From Octopus bimaculoides (taxonomy: Eukaryota): DNA of 37,546 nucleotides. Below the pieces are notes generated by a model that saw nothing but the letters and a program-made list of their open reading frames with translations, ran no database searches and was not told the DNA's origin. The stretch spans positions 14,821,911 to 14,859,456 of the forward strand of contig NC_068981.1 of NCBI RefSeq assembly GCF_001194135.2, in the 5' to 3' direction. The translations under genes and the position numbers were made by a program. Shown one piece after another: positions 13,052 through 24,646 of the stretch. Position 1 is the stretch's first letter. Every line of letters begins with the position of its first letter.

Positions 13052-15749
13052 TTCTTTCTCCCATCGCCTGGCTCTACTGTTTCATTTACCCAGTATTTGA
13101 GCATTAAAGTTTTTTTTAATCACATTCCTTTATCAGAATTTTTATCTATTAATATATTTTATATCACGACTCATCTCATCTATAGCATGTCTGCTGCTGA
13201 GAATTGTGGGATTATTGCTTTTGCTCGTAAAATTTTTCTAAACACCACACCGGTTTTAATAATTTCTTGTTTTTTTCTGTAGTAAATAAAAACTAAATGT
13301 TTAGGAAATGTTGAAGTTGCGACAGTAAAAAGGGAAAAAAAAACTGTTAAAACGTCAGGTGATCATACATGTTCTAATATTCAATAAATTTCAAAGAAAT
13401 AGGAAATAATAAACTTTCGGACTAAATGGTAAACAACAGTATTAGGCATAAGTTTATTCTTATTTGAGGAAATATGATCTTAAGTGGAAACACTTTAGCG
13501 GCTTTTCTTTTGAAGAAGTAACTAAAATAATCTATCACACTTTGATTTTATTAGAGATAAGACTTATCACGTGTCAGTGTCTCATATATCTTAACAAAAT
13601 GACATACAAATGTGTGGAGGGTTTTACCTGCATTAGGTCACGTGAAATAGCCGAATTTACAAACTTATAATAGTGTCATTGATTATCTACAAGAAATTAC
13701 TGCTTAATTGGGCTGTTTTCAAAAAGATATGCCTAAAAATGTGATAAAGTTGAACTTTCATAAACAATATTCATGGCTGATTCAATCGTCGGATCGTCAT
13801 TTGTCATTTTTTATTCTTATTTTGTAGCATACATAATTACCCTCTTCATAAGTATCATCTCAGCATTATCTTGTCGTTCATCATTATGAATTTTAGAATA
13901 TGACACTAAATGTACCAAATTTCAGTTATATTACTGCAAACCCGAATCGGAACATAATTTCAACCTTACCATACTGCAACATGAATTTTTTTTCGTTTTT
14001 AAGAAATTAAATATCCATTAAATAAACAATTATTTTTACTTTGGTGTTTCTTAGGTCATTTACAGCATTTTTCTCATGTTTATACAGGTATTGATTTTCT
14101 ATCACTCGATACTTGCTGCGCTCCTCTAATGTATGAACTCCTCTGTATGCGCTCATCTGTAATGTGGGAACATATTGCGTACATGATTTACATGAACCAC
14201 ACCTACAATCATCACATTCTCAGTATATTAATCCTCGAATTTTTGTTTTCCCACTAGCAATTTCGATAATATATTTAAGTCTCCCCAGGTTTTACTCGAG
14301 CTAATTACTCAGGACCAGTTTTATGTATAAAAACTTTGTCTTGACGTCACTATTCTTACTCAATAACGACATTATTCTTATCCAATATTTCTGAATTCTA
14401 GAGAGGATCAATTCACGTCCAAAAGGGTTTTAAAATAGCCCATGGGCCAGGAGTAGTGAGCATGCATTCTATGAATCACTTTCTCATTCAATATCGTAAT
14501 CAATTAATGAAGGTGTGTTAGTTAACGACAAGGCTACAAGTGCTAGATTGAAGGTATATTTAGTATATTTAAAATTTTCGCATGGACAACTGAACCAAAT
14601 TGGAAGAGGAAGGTTCTTCTATACTAAAATGAAAAGCAACTATTATGCGGGTTCTTTTGTTATGCTGGAACACGCCAATGGTGAGGATACTTCTTCTATA
14701 CAAAAGTCACCTGCAGTATAGTAACAGTAATTCAAATCCAGAAGAACATATCTATGGTGTAGGATTCTTAATCTAAACGATAGATTGCATTGTGAGAGTG
14801 AATGGCTTGAATCGTGGCATGAATCGTAAAAATAATAACTATCTGAAAGTAGGTAGCATTTAATTACTAAACAAATTAATGTTGCATTGTATTTTCGTAA
14901 ATTTTGTGACATGCCTACTTAGAAAGGCATCGCAAACAAGGAAGATCTAGGGGTTTTCGCAGAGTACTAATGACAAAGTTCTTGGTAATATTATAACAGA
15001 TGACAAATGTAGATGTAAGGATTCAGAAATGTATTGATCACAGTGCTGTGAACCAATAAACCGGAAACCAAAAACGTATGCCGAATGTGACGATACAATT
15101 AATAATAGTTCAGATTCAATGAGCGTCGTTGATCAGGAATATATTTTATGTAATCGAATGATTAATAAAAGCTTTACTTGGATGGTCTGAAGTATTTGAG
15201 AGGCAGTCGACAAAACGTGGCTGCCATCAGTATTTAAGCTATCCTGGATGATCTAACGCTAGAATGCATCTCGTCACAAGACAGTTATCTGTGTGGCTTA
15301 GGCAATGCACAAAACGTATATTGCCCCATCGATATTCTCTCAATTTGGCTTGTGTGGTAATTTGCATTTCCAAAGTTGAATATTAGTATCAAAGTTTGAT
15401 GATTCCAAATGACAGAAATGTTCAAAGAAAAACTCCCTACAGAGATTGTCTATAGCACCTGAGACATGCCTGCAAGATACGTTCCAGAAACTGAAAAGAA
15501 AAAGATGAAAGAAGTCACAGAGTAGGTATCATTAAATAAAACAAGGTTGCGGAGACATATTTAGTTAACATGAAAGGAAAGGATGTATATGTTTAGTATT
15601 TACTGAAGGTGTGTTCATTTTTGACAAGATCCTTTATATTGCTGGAAATATCTGTACCAATATCCTTAATTGAATACGTGTTTACTCATATTTGTTTAAG
15701 ATAGCAAAAATAAGTGATAATCAGCTATTACGCCCAATTGTTCGGCGTA

Positions 15750-16830
15750 ATCATAAATCCAGTCTTAAGCACACGCCGTCTATGCAACTTATTAGACAAT
15801 TAATATTGGAGGACAACCACTTCTTCTTAACGGGAACGGCCATGGGCACAATATAATCCCAACATATGCAACATTCGTTTTATGTTTCCTGCAGCAAACG
15901 TTCCCTTGCGACTTCACTGCCTACATTAATAACAACTGGGAACATTACTTTGACGATAGTTCCATCTTCTGGATAGAAGCAAAGAAGACCTGCAAGGCCC
16001 CATTCCATCACAAACAGGTTTCACGAAGTAATACAATATAACATGGAATATGCTAGAAAGGATTTAAGTTTCTTATCATGGAAGAAGGGGAAAGTATTGA
16101 AACAGATCTATTTTACAAACCAACACACACAGACACACACACATACTTAAATTTCCGATCAGCACAACCCTCGCATGCCAAAAAGAACAGTATCTTTAAC
16201 ATGGCAAGACGCATCTGCACCATAATAAGACACTCAACACGATACGAGAAAAGATATGAACTAAAATGTTTCATTAATATTCGATGAACCTCATCAATAC
16301 GGCCATCTGCAAGGCCCAGAATATTCCAGTGACAAAATAAAAAAGGAAAAAGCGTGTATCCCATTTGTCGTCAGTGACAATCCAAGGAACTTCAACATTG
16401 TGAAAGTTGCTTACCAATATCTCCAATTACTCCAGCAATCCCCCAAAATGAATGCACTCATAAATGACAAATAACGTATAGCAAACGCCAATAACCCAAC
16501 CTGAAAAACTGCTCACAATGGCGAAATTTACCTGTAACATTCAAACAATGCAAGTTTAAAAAATCCTGTGACCGTCGATGCGGAACTTTTGAATACATTC
16601 ATTAGGATGAACAAATCTCCTTTAAAAACAACGAGACTCTCAAAGTTAATATAAACATGAATTACAAAACAAAAAACTTAATTGACTGTGCATCTTGCCC
16701 ACAATGTAAAGAATACTACATTGCTGAAACCGGAACGGGATTACATGACAGAGTTCGCGTACAGAGTCAACAAATGATAGACCCTCCTGTAAGAAACACC
16801 ACTTGCAGTGAACACTTAGCATCAGGCAGA
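15750..16830 (+). mobile_element. Penelope-like element, RT C-half + linker + GIY-YIG endonuclease, decayed
   Basis: Plus-strand motifs: ILEDNHF, GTAMGT, WEHYFDD (catalytic, ~15946-15957), TDLFYKPT..HTYLNFRSA, IPFVVSDNPRN, SKRQ.PNLKKLLT, C-DRRCGT, NYKTKNLIDCASCPQCKEYYIAETG...DRVRV...CSEHL. Frameshifted. Confidence 0.9.
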
Positions 16831-16879
16831 AAGGAAAAGTCACAATCTTCCTCTTCTTCTAGTTATGATCGGACAAATT

Positions 16880-17480
16880 ACAAATACAAATATTCCCTTC
16901 ATAGTTACCCACAATCCTAGAAACTACAACATCCAGCACTCAACCAACCGATACGTTCCAATTTGAAATCAATCACCAAATCTACGACGAATAATTTTAA
17001 AAATCACAAATTATCAACAGTCGAAGACAACCACGTAACCTCAAATGACTTCTAACGGGTGCAAGTTTCATATTTGAAAATGAAACGATGCATGTAACCA
17101 GCTATGGAGACCCCGTTCTAGATAATGGGAATTGATAGAGCAAGAGGCCATCAAAAGATTTAAGAATTGGAAGGAATTAAACGTGAATGCAAAAATGAAT
17201 TGTAAAACAAGAAACCTCATCTACTGCATCACATGCTCACAATGCAAGGAAAACTACACTGGGGAGACAATATGGAAATGCACGAGTCGTGTAAATGCAC
17301 ATAAAGAGCAAATTAATGATTCATCTCTTAAGAATGATCCATGAAGTGAACATATAGATATCTTTGCAAATAGAAAATGTTAAATATTGCTATTTGACAA
17401 AATAAACCATGACAATGTCCAACCACGAAAGGCAAAACAAGAATACTTTATAAAAATTCTAAATCCGGAATTAAACCGAA
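16880..17480 (+). mobile_element. Second, diverged Penelope-like 3' module (linker + GIY-YIG)
   Basis: IPFIVTHNPRN, INSRRQPRNLK, MNCKTRNLIYCITCSQCKENYTGET...SRVNAHKEQI...SEHID, EYFIKILNPELN. Confidence 0.88.
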
Positions 17481-17897
17481 AATAACCAACTTTCCGTATA
17501 ATAAACAATGGTAAAAGAATATTTATGACTAAGTATGAAAAGCAAAGGAAGAATAATTGATGAAAACTCTAAGTCAGAAAATAAATCGTAAATAATTTAT
17601 ACTAACACGACTACAAAAATAACAACTGCCTCTTCCATACACTATCCAAGATAACGTGAATTAAAAAGATTAATCGAAAGCGCTCGCACTCACTATAAAA
17701 AGAAAACTACTTCCAAAATGCTTAGTAACATCCTGATAAAAGATATCATAAATCTTTTTTAAAACATTTCTTTTAAAATCCGTTTTATATTTAAAAACTG
17801 TGTTAATTGTCAGAAAAAATGTTCAAATATATATATAATAACACTATATATGTTAATTTTTTAATTAATATTATTCTTCATATTTACTCGTAATAAT

Positions 17898-18098
17898 CCT
17901 TTCTATTATAGGCACAAAGCCTGAAATTTTGGGAAGTGGGATAGCCGATTACATCAAACCCAGTACTTAATTTATCGGCCCCGAAAAGACGAAAGGCAAA
18001 GATGACCTCGGCGGAATTTAAACTCAACGTTGTGACACATGAAATACTGATAACCATTCCGCCCGGCGCGCTAACGATTCTGCCAGCTCGCCACTTTT
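17898..18098 (-). mobile_element. tRNA-type SINE (Octopus OK/OR-like) with 18-bp TSD
   Basis: Minus strand begins ggcgagctggcagaatcgttagcgcgccgggcggaatg, homologous to 28826-29057. The flanks atatttactcg(t/a)aataat at 17880-17897 and 18099-18116 differ by one mismatch. Confidence 0.85.
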
Positions 18099-18127
18099 AT
18101 ATTTACTCGAAATAATATCGTATTCTA

Positions 18128-19960
18128 TTTGAAAAATTCCTGTAAATTTTCATAAAATACCCCGATAATTTGCCGTCTTATATGCCGTAATGTATTTGCT
18201 TCAAACCATAATTCTGTACGTGGAAATCGATGGTTATATAAATTTCGTTAGTTTTGTAACTATCGTTTCATTGCTTGGGAGTTTTTAAATGATGAATGTT
18301 TAATTAGATTTAAAATACGAGTGCTTCTCAATTTATTCTTTCCATGGTTGACTGACTACGAAACATCTTTAAAAATTGTTTATGCGCATAAATGACCGAT
18401 AAATGCAGCGTATATGAATGCTAGAAGCTACGTTATTATTCCACATTATTTACGACAATTAAAATCTTCCTTCATGTGGAAAGTTTTTTTTTTTCTTTAC
18501 TGAAATCACAGAAAATCAATAACGTATAAAAGTTAATAGTATTTTAATTAAAACATATGTGATGTGAAAGAAAAAGCAAATAGCTCATCATTCTTTATTT
18601 AAACTAGTAAATATCTCTTATGTTTCCGTTTGCATGATATGGTTTCGTCTGTAACAATTTTGTTTAATCATCTGGTGTAATATTATACTTTAATATATTT
18701 CTAGTTATTCGCTAAAACACACCTGGATTCTGAATTCTTTCTCAAGTTAAGGACGTTTTATATAGCCTTCCTTTTGTTAAGAAATCAAAAAACTAATAAA
18801 GATTAAATGTTAGGAAGTCAAAACAATACTTGGTTAACTAGTTGCTTTGATGATGAGGTCTATTTCTAAACATTGAAGATATCGATTATTTAAACATTTT
18901 CACAAATTCAGTTATTTGGAGTTTCGAAATTTTTCATTTTATAGAATTTTATTTCCCCCTTGTAACTTTTGAGTTTTCTTTTTCTTTTTGTGAGTTTCGA
19001 AAATTTTCTGAAAATTATTCGAAAAACGAAAGATGAAAATAAAAAAAATAATGATACTTGCTCTTTTTACTTGAAAAATCATGATATCAGATGTTTAAGA
19101 AAAATCTGCGAAAATGTTCGAATAATTAAGAACTACAGAAAAATAAGGGAGCAGCATACTTCTTGGGATAGAGTTGTTATCAACAATTCTTACCACGTTT
19201 GAAAAATACATAAATTGCCTTAGAGTACACCAATTATTTGCCGTACTGCATTTCATAATCTAATCGCTTCAGCTCAATCAGTGGTTATATAAATCGTGTT
19301 CGTCTTGTGACTATCTATTCTATTCACTGGCAGTTTTTAAGTTGTGTATGTTTAATTAGATTCAAAATAGGAGTGATTCACAATTTATTACTTTTTGGCA
19401 TTTATGCGCACAAAGAGAAATATATTTGTTGGCACTCCGTCGCTTACGACATCGAGGGTTCCTGTCGACCCGATCAACGGAACGGCCTGCTCGTGAAATT
19501 AACGTGCAAGTGGCTGAGCACTCCAGTGACACGTGTACCCTTAACGTAGTTCTCGGGGAGATTCAGTGTGACAAGGCACAACAGAAACAGGAAGTAAGAG
19601 TGAGAGAAAGTTGTGGTGAAAGAGTACAGCAGGGTACGCCACCATCCCCTGCCGGAGCCTCGTGGAGCTTTAGGTGTTTTCGCTTAATAAACACTCACAA
19701 CGCCCGGTCTGGGAATCGAAACCGCGATCCTATGTCCGCGAGTCCGCTGCCCTAACCACTGGGCCATTGCGCCTCCATATTAAATGTGTACGTATAGCTT
19801 AATAACACTACACAGAGTGAGATTATGATTTCAATTTCATTGGAATATTCTACAGCATTTTACGGCAAGAAGATGTTTGTGAAAGAAATGAAAGATCAAG
19901 ATTTTCAAATTATAATTTTAAATATTGTAAAAGTTAATTAAAATACTTTTAATTACATAT
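18128..19960 (+). repeat. Old direct duplication: ~18128-18560 vs ~19198-19960 (second copy interrupted by a SINE)
   Basis: Colinear shared blocks: tttgaaaaat, atttgccgt, tggttatataaat, ttgt.actatc, atgtttaattagatt.aaaata.gagtg.ttc.caatttatt, tttatgcgca, taaaagttaat...ttttaatta..catatg. Confidence 0.7.
19426..19777 (-). mobile_element. tRNA-derived SINE, head shared with 22987-23290 but a different 3' part
   Basis: Minus strand: tggaggcgcaatggcccagtggttagggcagcgg (A-box TGGCCCAGTGG) ... ggtttcgattccc (B-box-like), ending ...gcgacggagtgccaacaa. Confidence 0.85.
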
Positions 19961-20510
19961 GACAAATGGCACTGCTTCTCAGTTGATATAGGAATCATAT
20001 ATAAATATTATTTGTGATTTAATTCTTATGAAAGATTATTTGATTAGTGAAAGTAAGAGTGATTCCATTATTCCATTGTATATGATATCGTACCTTTCAC
20101 ATAATACTCGGTTAACAAGTTTGTTCGAAATGGAATTAAATGAACATCCGTAAAGAAAATATTCCTTCAAGGAACATAAGGCTTCAATACTGAGAAAAGT
20201 AATTAATTCTTATGCATTGGAGTATGTGTAGATAAATTAATTATTGAGTTCATATTCATGCAACTTTAATCGAAGTAATTTTGTAAGGTATCTTCGAATA
20301 ACAGGTCTATGTCCAAGGGAACAGGGAGATACATAGAAAGCTATAATTAAGTTATATAATCAGGTGTGCGATAAAACTAATACACCCATTACGGAATTGA
20401 AAATCAGCTCTTACAGATATATGTTCGGTCATAGTTTTATATATTTCATGTCAAATATGTGATCTTAAACGTACAATTCCATATTATACGTTCTGTCTTG
20501 TAAAATGAAT

Positions 20511-20623
20511 GTATCTATATTTTCTATAGAATTTAGAGCTAGCACTGAGAATTACGACGTTTCGTAGACGAATACGTCTATGTAAACAAAGCGATTGAAG
20601 TTAGAAAAATAAGCAATGCATAT
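20511..20623 (+). pseudogene. Disrupted paralog of the candidate exon at 21461
   Basis: Reads IEFRASTENYDV-[17-nt insertion]-YVNKAIEVRKISNAY, colinear with LESKASTESYDVHAGNVIEDSKMGNMY; the homologous acceptor AG is absent. Confidence 0.45.
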
Positions 20624-20657
20624 GCATATTTCTGGACATATTTCTGGACATATATAT

Positions 20658-20981
20658 GCGCAGGAGTAGCTGTGTGGTAAGTAGCTTTCTTACCAACCAC
20701 ATGGTTTCGGGTTCAGCCCCACTGCTTGGTATCTTGGGTAAGTGTCTTCTACTATAGGCTCGGGCCTACCAAAGCCTTGTGAGTGGATTTGGTAGACGGA
20801 AACTGAAAGAAGCCCGTCGTATATATGTGTATATATATATATATNNNNNNNNNNNNNNNNNNNNNNNNNNNNNNNNNNNNNNNNNNNNNNNNNNNNNNNN
20901 NNNNNNNNNNNNNNNNNNNNNNNNNNNNNNNNNNNNNNNNNNNNNNNNNNNNNNNNNNNNNNNNNNNNNNNNNNNNNNNNN

Positions 20982-21013
<32 letters not shown>

Positions 21014-21223
21014 TGTGTCTGTGTTTGTTCCCCTACTATTGCTTGACAACCGATGCTGGTGTGCTTATGTCCCCGACACTTAGCGGTTCGGCAAAAGAGA
21101 CGGATAGAATAAGTACTAAGCTTACAAAGAATAAGTCCCGGGGTCGATTTGCTCGACTAAAAGCGGAGCTACAGCATGGCCACAGCCAGATGAGTGAAAC
21201 AAGTAAAAGAGTAAAAGAGAGTA
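20658..21223 (+). mobile_element. tRNA-type SINE with an internal (TA)/(TG) microsatellite (contains gap 20845-20981)
   Basis: Head gcaggagtagctgtgtggtaag...gggttcagcccc; body ggatttggtagacggaaactgaaagaagcccgtcg; tail ...acagcatggccacag...gaaacaagtaaaagagtaaaagag. Resembles an abundant Octopus SINE (recalled). Confidence 0.8.
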
Positions 21224-21460
21224 AATAGTATACAGTTCTTTCCTCGGCATCACATCCAACCAATTAACTAGCCACCAAATTTAGTGGTATAGCTGTATTG
21301 GATAAACCAATTTATATATAAGCGCATTCCTGACAACTGTTACGGACAAATTAATTGCTGGTAGGACACAGCTTTTCGTTTTCCAACCATGATGTACTAC
21401 AAAGTAGTCCTACATTTGTGATAGTAGTGTGTTGTTTTTGTTTTAATTTTATTTCTACAG

Positions 21461-21544
21461 GATTTCTTTAGAATCTAAAGCCAGCACTGAAAGTTACGAC
21501 GTCCATGCAGGCAATGTTATCGAAGATAGTAAAATGGGCAATAT
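21461..21544 (+). CDS. Candidate coding exon (ISLESKASTESYDVHAGNVIEDSKMGN...), product unknown
   Basis: Very strong acceptor gttgtttttgttttaattttatttctacag|G; this frame is open to 21629 while the other two stop within 18 nt; possible donor gtacgt at 21545; the paralog at 20.5 kb shows synonymous-biased differences. Confidence 0.45.
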
Positions 21545-21992
21545 GTACGTGGGAATAGTTAGAAATGTGTCTAATATGTCTATTGTTCTATCTAATAGAG
21601 TTATACGGATACAGTTAGTAGCTACTTAATCAATGTAAACGTACTGGATGAATTGGACGTGGTACTGAAAAGGGGCAAAAATTCCTGATCGATGCAGAGA
21701 CAACCATTACCTATGTTCCAATCATCGGTCGCATTGTTTGTATTGACGTATTTGTATATGAAACGACATAACTTTCAGTGCAAGTTGTAAATTCTACAGA
21801 AAATCTGAACAGAGAAATTTGAAATGAAAACAAAGCACTGCTGACACAAAAATAGGACACGATTTTGACTTATAAACTGCAAAGTACTTGATAGTATATT
21901 ATGGTTGCAAAACAAAATACGGTCCCACTAACGTCTATTAACACCTATAAAATGATTCAATCATATTATTTTCAACATTTAATATTATTATA

Positions 21993-22267
21993 GGATGATG
22001 GTGGTGATGATGATGCTGATGGTGATGGTGGTTGTGGTGGTGGTGGTGATGATGATGGCAATGTTATAGTTGTTGTTATGAAATATGCATATATGTGTAC
22101 ACACAAACGCATATATATATACACGTACACACATACATATATATATACACGTACACACATACATATATGCATATGCATACATATATACAACATACATACA
22201 TATACACGTGTGTGTATGCGTGCATGAGTGTGCGTGTGCGTGTGTGTATGTGTACGTGTGTGTGTGT
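21993..22267. repeat. (GAT/GGT/GTT)n followed by a compound CA/TA/TG microsatellite
   Basis: Directly visible. Confidence 0.9.
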
Positions 22268-22986
22268 TTGTTCAATCAAGCGGTCATACATGTAAGCACG
22301 TATACTAGTGTTTGTACATATTACGTGAGCGCGTTCGTGTGGGGTGCCGTCGGAATACATCTCACCATTTTGCGTTAGAGAGTGTAATCTCCAATAATCT
22401 TTAATGTTTCATTGCAGTTCTTTCGGTGCAGAGAAACAAGTAGCTTCTACTTGTGAGGTCGCTTATTCACTTCTAAACTTCGGATTAATAATGGATCACA
22501 GTTAGAGATTCAGAATATACTAGTGAGTAGAAATTATCCTGAAGAGACATGAAACGAAGGGTGGAATGTGTTCTATATGATTTCAGTATTTATGTTGTTA
22601 GTTGTCTGCATGTTGCTGCTATTTTAGTAATGCTTTTACAATACTCTCTGTTGGATATGTCAATTTTAAAGTATGTGAAATTTCTTAGAGAATTAGTCAT
22701 TGAATATTCTATTAAGAAAGAAAATGTCACAGGAATGATAACAATGAGTAATCGCCTTTGGATATGTTCGCCGATAAAAATCATAGTTATTGATATTTTA
22801 CACGAACACGGTGACTAGAATTCTATCCCCTAAAAGTGATACATTTGCGTCACTATCGTACTGATTAGGGCCGTATCATATAGTTCCTGTTATACGGTAT
22901 AAGTGATACCTTATACAACATAGACGTATCCAATATATGTAACATTTGTTTTAACACATGTTTATACAAAGCTAAGTGGCAAACGT

Positions 22987-23290
22987 TGGGACGCAATGTC
23001 CCAGTGGTTTGGGCAGCGAACTCACCTTCGGAAGATCGCGGTTTCGATTTCCAGACCGAGTGAAAACACCTAAAGCACCACGAGGCTCAGGCAGGGGGTG
23101 GTAGCGAGCCCGTTGTACTCTTTCGCCCCAACTTTCTCTCACTGTTTCTTCCTATTTCTTGAGTTACGCTGCGATAGACTGGCGTCCCGTCCAGGTGGGG
23201 GTACATATGCCATAGAAACCGGGAAACCGGGATCCCGGGCCTATGAGCATGGATAGGCTTTAAAAGGGCGCATAAATAAATAAATAAATA
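22987..23290 (+). mobile_element. tRNA-derived SINE with (TAAA)n tail and 13-bp TSD
   Basis: TSD aagtggcaaacgt at 22974-22986 and 23291-23303; A-box-like aatgtcccagtgg, B-box-like ggtttcgatttcc; tail taaaataaataaataaata. Confidence 0.92.
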
Positions 23291-23303
23291 AAGTGGCAAA
23301 CGT

Positions 23304-23313
23304 ACACACAGTA

Positions 23314-23348
<35 letters not shown>

Positions 23349-23490
23349 CGCATACACTCAAATACACACAAATATACTCTCACACACTGACATGCACGAT
23401 ATACACATACACACACATATATACAAGTATATATATATATATGCATATATATGTGTGTGTGTGCGTTTATATATATACAAATATATTTAT
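23304..23490. repeat. Compound (CA)/(TA)/(TG) microsatellite
   Basis: Directly visible. Confidence 0.9.
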
Positions 23491-23584
23491 ATTTTCTGGT
23501 CGGTTTCAGCTCAAAGCTGTGGACATGCTGGGGCACTACCATATTGTTACACTGTTATTATTGAAAACCTGCTCTGATATGTGA

Positions 23585-24338
23585 CATTTGGTATTAAGAG
23601 AGTTTGATGGGGCTACCCTCATTGGCGCTACCGGCCGCGAAGTAGTTCCATCTTGGACTCTCGCCAAGAAGAGATACAGTTTTTGATTTGAAAGCACCTA
23701 CATCCACTTTTTATATGTCACTCAGGCTCTTTGAGAGAATATTAAAAAGCTGTGGGCCTGAAACCCAGGGTGTTGCAATAACTGGGCTTCGAGCCCGACA
23801 GCTTTGCTGGGATCTTTGGCACTATCCAGTGGCGACATGTTCTGGTATTTTTTGTAGTTTTTCAATGCCAAAATGTGGCACAATCCCTACCAGCGTGCTT
23901 CAGATGTATATTACTGCATATCTCTCCCGCCTTTGCTCCAGGGAGTAGAGACTTAGCTGGTTCAGGCTTTCCCAGTAGCAGAGCTGTTGCAATGAGACGA
24001 TCTCCTTCGTGAAACTTCGCTGACTTGCTTCAAGTTTAGCTATTAATTTTATACAGTCGGGTGACGATAGCTGCGAGTAGTAGTCAAGGCGGCTAACGCG
24101 AAAATGTCCACCAGAGGACGACCACGGTTTCCTTCACTCTGGTGCCGAAGATTCTCAGGATATATCCATTCAGCCATCTGCACTTTGTGGCTATTTTGCT
24201 ACTCTGGAAAGAGGCATCATCACTCATGTCGATACTCAGGTCTCGCACTTATTTAGTTTCTAGAATAGTAATCCCCTGTGGGCCAGTGTACTCTGTAAGT
24301 TTTACGCTGTTTTGGGCGCAGGTAGAGCAGAACTTGTA
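23585..24338 (-). mobile_element. CR1-type LINE, 3' end of ORF2, decayed
   Basis: Minus translation: VRDLSIDMSDDASF, GYILRIFGTR, RLDYYSQL, KLEASQRSFTK, YWESLNQLSLYSLEQRRERYAVIYI, GIVPHFGI, CNTLGF; typical CR1 post-RT order. Confidence 0.85.
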
Positions 24339-24457
24339 ATATATGTGTATAAATATATATACATATATAGATATATATGCATCTATAGTGTGTTAGTCAC
24401 GCTATTAACTGAGGGTCCACGCAACTTAAACCGGAATCTCTGAGCCAATTGGGTTCT

Positions 24458-24459
<2 letters not shown>

Positions 24460-24489
<30 letters not shown>

Positions 24490-24581
24490 ATGTCTGTGTG
24501 TGTGTGTGTGCATGCGTGTGTGTGTGTGTATGCATATATGTATATATATATTTATGTATGTATGTATGTATGTATGTATAC

Positions 24582-24628
<47 letters not shown>

Positions 24629-24646
24629 GGTGCGTGTGTTTGTGTG
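24460..24646. repeat. Compound (TA)/(TG)/(TATG) microsatellite
   Basis: Directly visible. Confidence 0.9.

Noticed and set aside
22549-22818. 89-aa non-repetitive plus-strand ORF
   Set aside because: No recognisable domain, clear splice boundaries or compositional signal; plausible by chance.
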